Assembly: GCA_964016885.1 (NCBI GenBank)
Contig: OZ024741.1
Location: forward strand, 308,822,001-308,886,000
DNA length: 64,000 nt
Direction of reading: 5' to 3'
Origin: Eledone cirrhosa
Lineage: Eukaryota
Made by a program: the position numbers and the translations under genes. Positions within the stretch are counted from its first letter, which is position 1; the number at the start of each line of letters is the position of its first letter. The notes under the pieces were generated by a model that saw only the letters and a program-made list of their open reading frames with translations, did not search any database and was not told the DNA's origin. Shown here one piece after another: positions 60,491 through 64,000 of the stretch.

Positions 60491-60734
60491 ATTGAGTTCA
60501 AATCCCGCCGAGGTTAGCTTTGCCTTTCATTCTTAGAGTGCCAATAAAATAAAGTACCAGTAATGCACTGAGGGCAATTTAATCGACTTTCCTCTCCTCT
60601 AAAATTGTTGGCCTTGTGCCTAAATAAGAAACCATTATATATTGAAAACTGTTTTGTATTATAAAACTAAGGGCAGAGCCAAAATTCTCTCACCTTTCTG
60701 TTCAAACCAGTCACTGATACTGATGTTAAGGTAT

Positions 60735-60920
60735 TGTTGGCAGTATCGGTAGAGAGTCGGATGCCATGCTTTCCAGCCTAGTTATGTCCCTTAACGATCT
60801 GAGTTCAAATCCCGCCGAGGTTGACTTTGTCTTTCATCCTTACGGGGTCGATAAAATAAAGTACCAGTAATGCACTGGGTAATTGCTGGCCTTGTGCCTA
60901 AAGTAGAAACAATTATTATT
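60735..60920 (+). mobile_element. SINE family 1, young copy
   Basis: Nearly identical to 26010-26190. Confidence 0.85.
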
Positions 60921-61694
60921 AGAAATAAAAATAAATAATAATTATTATTTTCTATATATCTTAAAATTATTTTATACTGTTTAAATATTTGTTCTTTCTT
61001 TTGTTATGTTTGTGTGTGTGTGTGTGTGTGTTTGCTCTTCCTTCACTCCCACTCATTATTTATGTTAGGTCTCACATATGGCAACTAAAGATCACATGAC
61101 ATTTTATTGTTGTTAAAGAATCCTATTTGATGACTGGATTTGATTGGTTTCCTTAATTAAGACAATTATATTGCAAATTGTCATTTTGAGAAGAGAGAGA
61201 AATTATCATCATCATTTAACGTCCGCTTTCCCTGCTAGCAAAGGTTAGACGGGTCTACATAGACCAAGTCAGTACTGAAGCGGGGCTAAACACTTTCCAG
61301 ACTGGCCAGAGGGATGAATATATATATATATATATATAGATAGATAGATAGATATATACAACATGGGGCAAGGCTGGACTGTTGAATTATTCACACAGTT
61401 CGTCTGACACGCTTCAACGCTATTTCTGTCTACACTTGCCTTAGATGCCATGCAATAGGTTCAAACTCAGGAACTCATGCATGTGAAGTAAGTTTCTTAA
61501 CCATTCAGCCATGCCTGCATCCATAGAAATAGCAGCTATATCTCCCATAACTCTTTTCTTACAATGTTTCTAATGAAAGACACTGCCTGTGATTTTAAAA
61601 TAATTTTGAAAATAATCAAGAATTCATGACTATCTTTCTCATTATTAAGCTGGTGTTTAGAACATAGGTTCTTACATAAAATTATAGTGGAAAA

Positions 61695-62049
61695 TACTCT
61701 CGGGTCTCAAATAACCCCCTCCCCCGCTTATTTATTTTCCAGATTTTTTACACACCCCGCTCTTATTCCAAAGCCTCTGCTTATTATATTTTGCTAATCT
61801 ATCTCCGGCGAAGTTTTATTTTAAGTCGTAGCATTCCTGCGATAATTAATTTTCTTCGGACATTAAAAAACATTACACATGACAAAAAAAGAACATTACA
61901 AGAAATCCCATACATTATAGAATAAATAGGTGGGTTAGGTCTCAATATGTAAACTAAACGACTAATTCTGGTTTTTAAAAAAAAAAGGGAGACAACCTAG
62001 AAAAATTACTGATTCCCCCACCACCCCTATTGTTTGGGACTTAAGAGTA
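61695..62049. mobile_element. MITE, second copy of 38800-39158
   Basis: TIRs tactctcgggtctcaaata / tgtttgggacttaagagta; shared internal sequence. Confidence 0.75.
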
Positions 62050-62141
62050 TAAAGATTTTGAAACAAATATTTCTGTATTATAGAACCAAGTGCAGTTTCA
62101 GGCAGTTTGGTATCCAAGCAGTTAAATCACATGATACTCTC

Positions 62142-62370
62142 TTAACCCTTTAGCATTTCTATCGGCTGTATCCAGCCAGATTTCTCTCACCTCTTTCTGT
62201 TCAAACCGGCCGTAACTGGTTGCTCATACTGATGTTAGGGTATTGTTCTCAAAATAAATAATATCAAAATCACTTAGATTCAATATTATGTAAGATAATT
62301 ATGTGAGGTAAAGCCTTTACCGTGAAAATATAATAGTATATATAGAGTAATGTAAATGTTAAAGGATTAA
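62142..62370. mobile_element. piggyBac-like MITE
   Basis: TTAA ccctttagcattt ... aaatgttaaagga TTAA. Confidence 0.65.
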
Positions 62371-63244
62371 AAGATGCAAATGTTGGATGATATAGTGCCA
62401 ACTAACATTTGTAACACTAAATCTGTAAGGTTGTAGTGCCAGAGTCATGATAAAATGTTCCCACTATACACTGTAAAGTGTTAGGAAGCACTTCCAGCCA
62501 TAGAAACTAAGCCCCAAATGGAATATATGAGCAATATATGGTTACCTGACTAGTCAAGCCTCAGAATATGATAATCCAGCTAACCCATGCAAGGATGGAA
62601 ATAGATGTGAAATGGTGATGATGATGATGAAATTAGCAGAACATCATGAAAAGTATGCCTTGCAGCTTAAGGTTGACTTGGGAGTGAGGGGGAAAACCTA
62701 AACAGTTGTAGTCTAACTAGGAAGCATATTTCATAGGTGATTGAATCATTTGGAACCTATCCCAGTTAGTAGAATCAGAAAATTAAATATATACAAACAA
62801 GGATGTAATATAATGAGACTATTAATTAATTAGTTTCTTAGAAAAGTTGTCTGTGTTATGTATCTATGTGAAGGTGCATGGCTTTGTGGTTAGGGTAATC
62901 TGCTCACAATTGGTTGTGACTTCGGTTCTTGGCAGTACACTGTGTCCCTAAGCAAGACACTTTATTTCACATTGCTCCAGTTCAGCAACTAAAGTACAAA
63001 AGTCAGTCCTGGAGAGGATGCCAGTTTATTGCAGGATAAACTCTGTTTTTCAGCTGTGTGTACTGGAGTAACTTGAAATAAAATATCTCTCAAGAACACA
63101 ACTTGCCATCTGGTCCACAACATTATGATCATAAATCCAATACCCTAACCATGCACTTCACTCCTTAAGTAGTGGAACTTATCACCTGAATGATGATATG
63201 TGTATATATATATCACGACACACACACACACACACACATACATA

Positions 63245-63326
63245 TATAGGGTGTCCCCAAAAATGTATACACATATTTATTAGAATGCTGTTGAAGTATG
63301 TATACACTTTTTGGAGACACCCTGTA
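63245..63326. mobile_element. Tiny Tc1/mariner-type MITE
   Basis: ta tagggtgtccccaaaaatgtatac / gtatacactttttggagacaccctg ta. Confidence 0.75.
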
Positions 63327-63859
63327 TATATATATATATGCATGTTTTTTTTATTTTTATTGATACTGACTCTCAGTTTGGCTCATTTTTTTTCTCCCCA
63401 TCCCCAGATCCTTTCTATAACTTCTCTTGATGCATCAGTCACCACCAAAACTTTCTATGTCTCTTTCTCTCTGTTCTTACCCACCATCTCCCCCTCATTC
63501 CAGTTCTTTGTTCTGTTCTTGTCATCTATGACAGTGGATGGTAGTGGTGGTGGTGGTGATGTTGTTGAAGATATGTGTCATTGGCTTTTAAAAATATTTT
63601 TTATATTAAACATACATACACACATACATATATACATACACATACATACATATCACTATCATCATCATCAACAACATCACCATTCCTTACCAGTCCCTCT
63701 TCTCCCTCTGTCCTTGGTTTATCCTTAGATCTGATCAATAGCCATATTGCTACTTATTGTCCTTCCTTTGGTTGTTGTTGCTACAAGAAAAATTATTATT
63801 TTTATAAAGTACTTATTTTGTTTTTGTCTTATTTATCAAAATGTATTATTATTATTATT

Positions 63860-64000
63860 ATGGACTGGCAGTATTGGTAAAGCATCAGAAAATCTGCTTT
63901 GTGGCATAGAGTTATGGTCCTTTACATTTTGAGTTCAAATCCTGCCGAGGTTAATTTTGCCTTTCATCCTTACAGGGTCGATAAAATAAAGTACCAGTCA
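63860..64000 (+). mobile_element. SINE family 1, truncated by window end
   Basis: Head, B box and core. Confidence 0.8.

Overview
Eukaryotic (animal) genomic DNA, very rich in (TA)n/(CA)n microsatellites and tRNA-derived SINEs; the repeat landscape suggests a coleoid cephalopod such as Octopus (inference, not verified). Positions 1 to about 50,200 are intergenic and dominated by mobile DNA: one near-complete Penelope-like element (PLE; RT + GIY-YIG, 33.4-36.9 kb), two GIY-YIG 3' fragments, many short PLE terminal-repeat (pLTR) fragments, a near-full-length Tx1/L1-type LINE, R4/NeSL-, RTE- and CRE-like LINE fragments, a Helitron, MITEs and a 2.6-kb (GGT)n-derived array. Reading by hand I find about 24 type I hammerhead ribozyme (HHR) motifs from roughly ten families. 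They include variants with four-way-junction or rod-shaped stem II, a U3-A8 core swap and a CAGAAGA core. A second RNA structure, a hairpin (R)CUC-[variable stem]-UY bulge-GAG(Y), recurs about 16 times downstream of the ribozymes with extensive covariation; in the intact element it maps to the 5' leader between the cleavage site and the start codon. From about 51 kb a probable + strand host gene begins (mitochondrial-presequence-like first exon with a GC donor), and ribozyme motifs disappear. Nearly all ORF-track entries made of YI/HT/CV repeats are microsatellite artefacts. All structures were paired by eye; none was computed.
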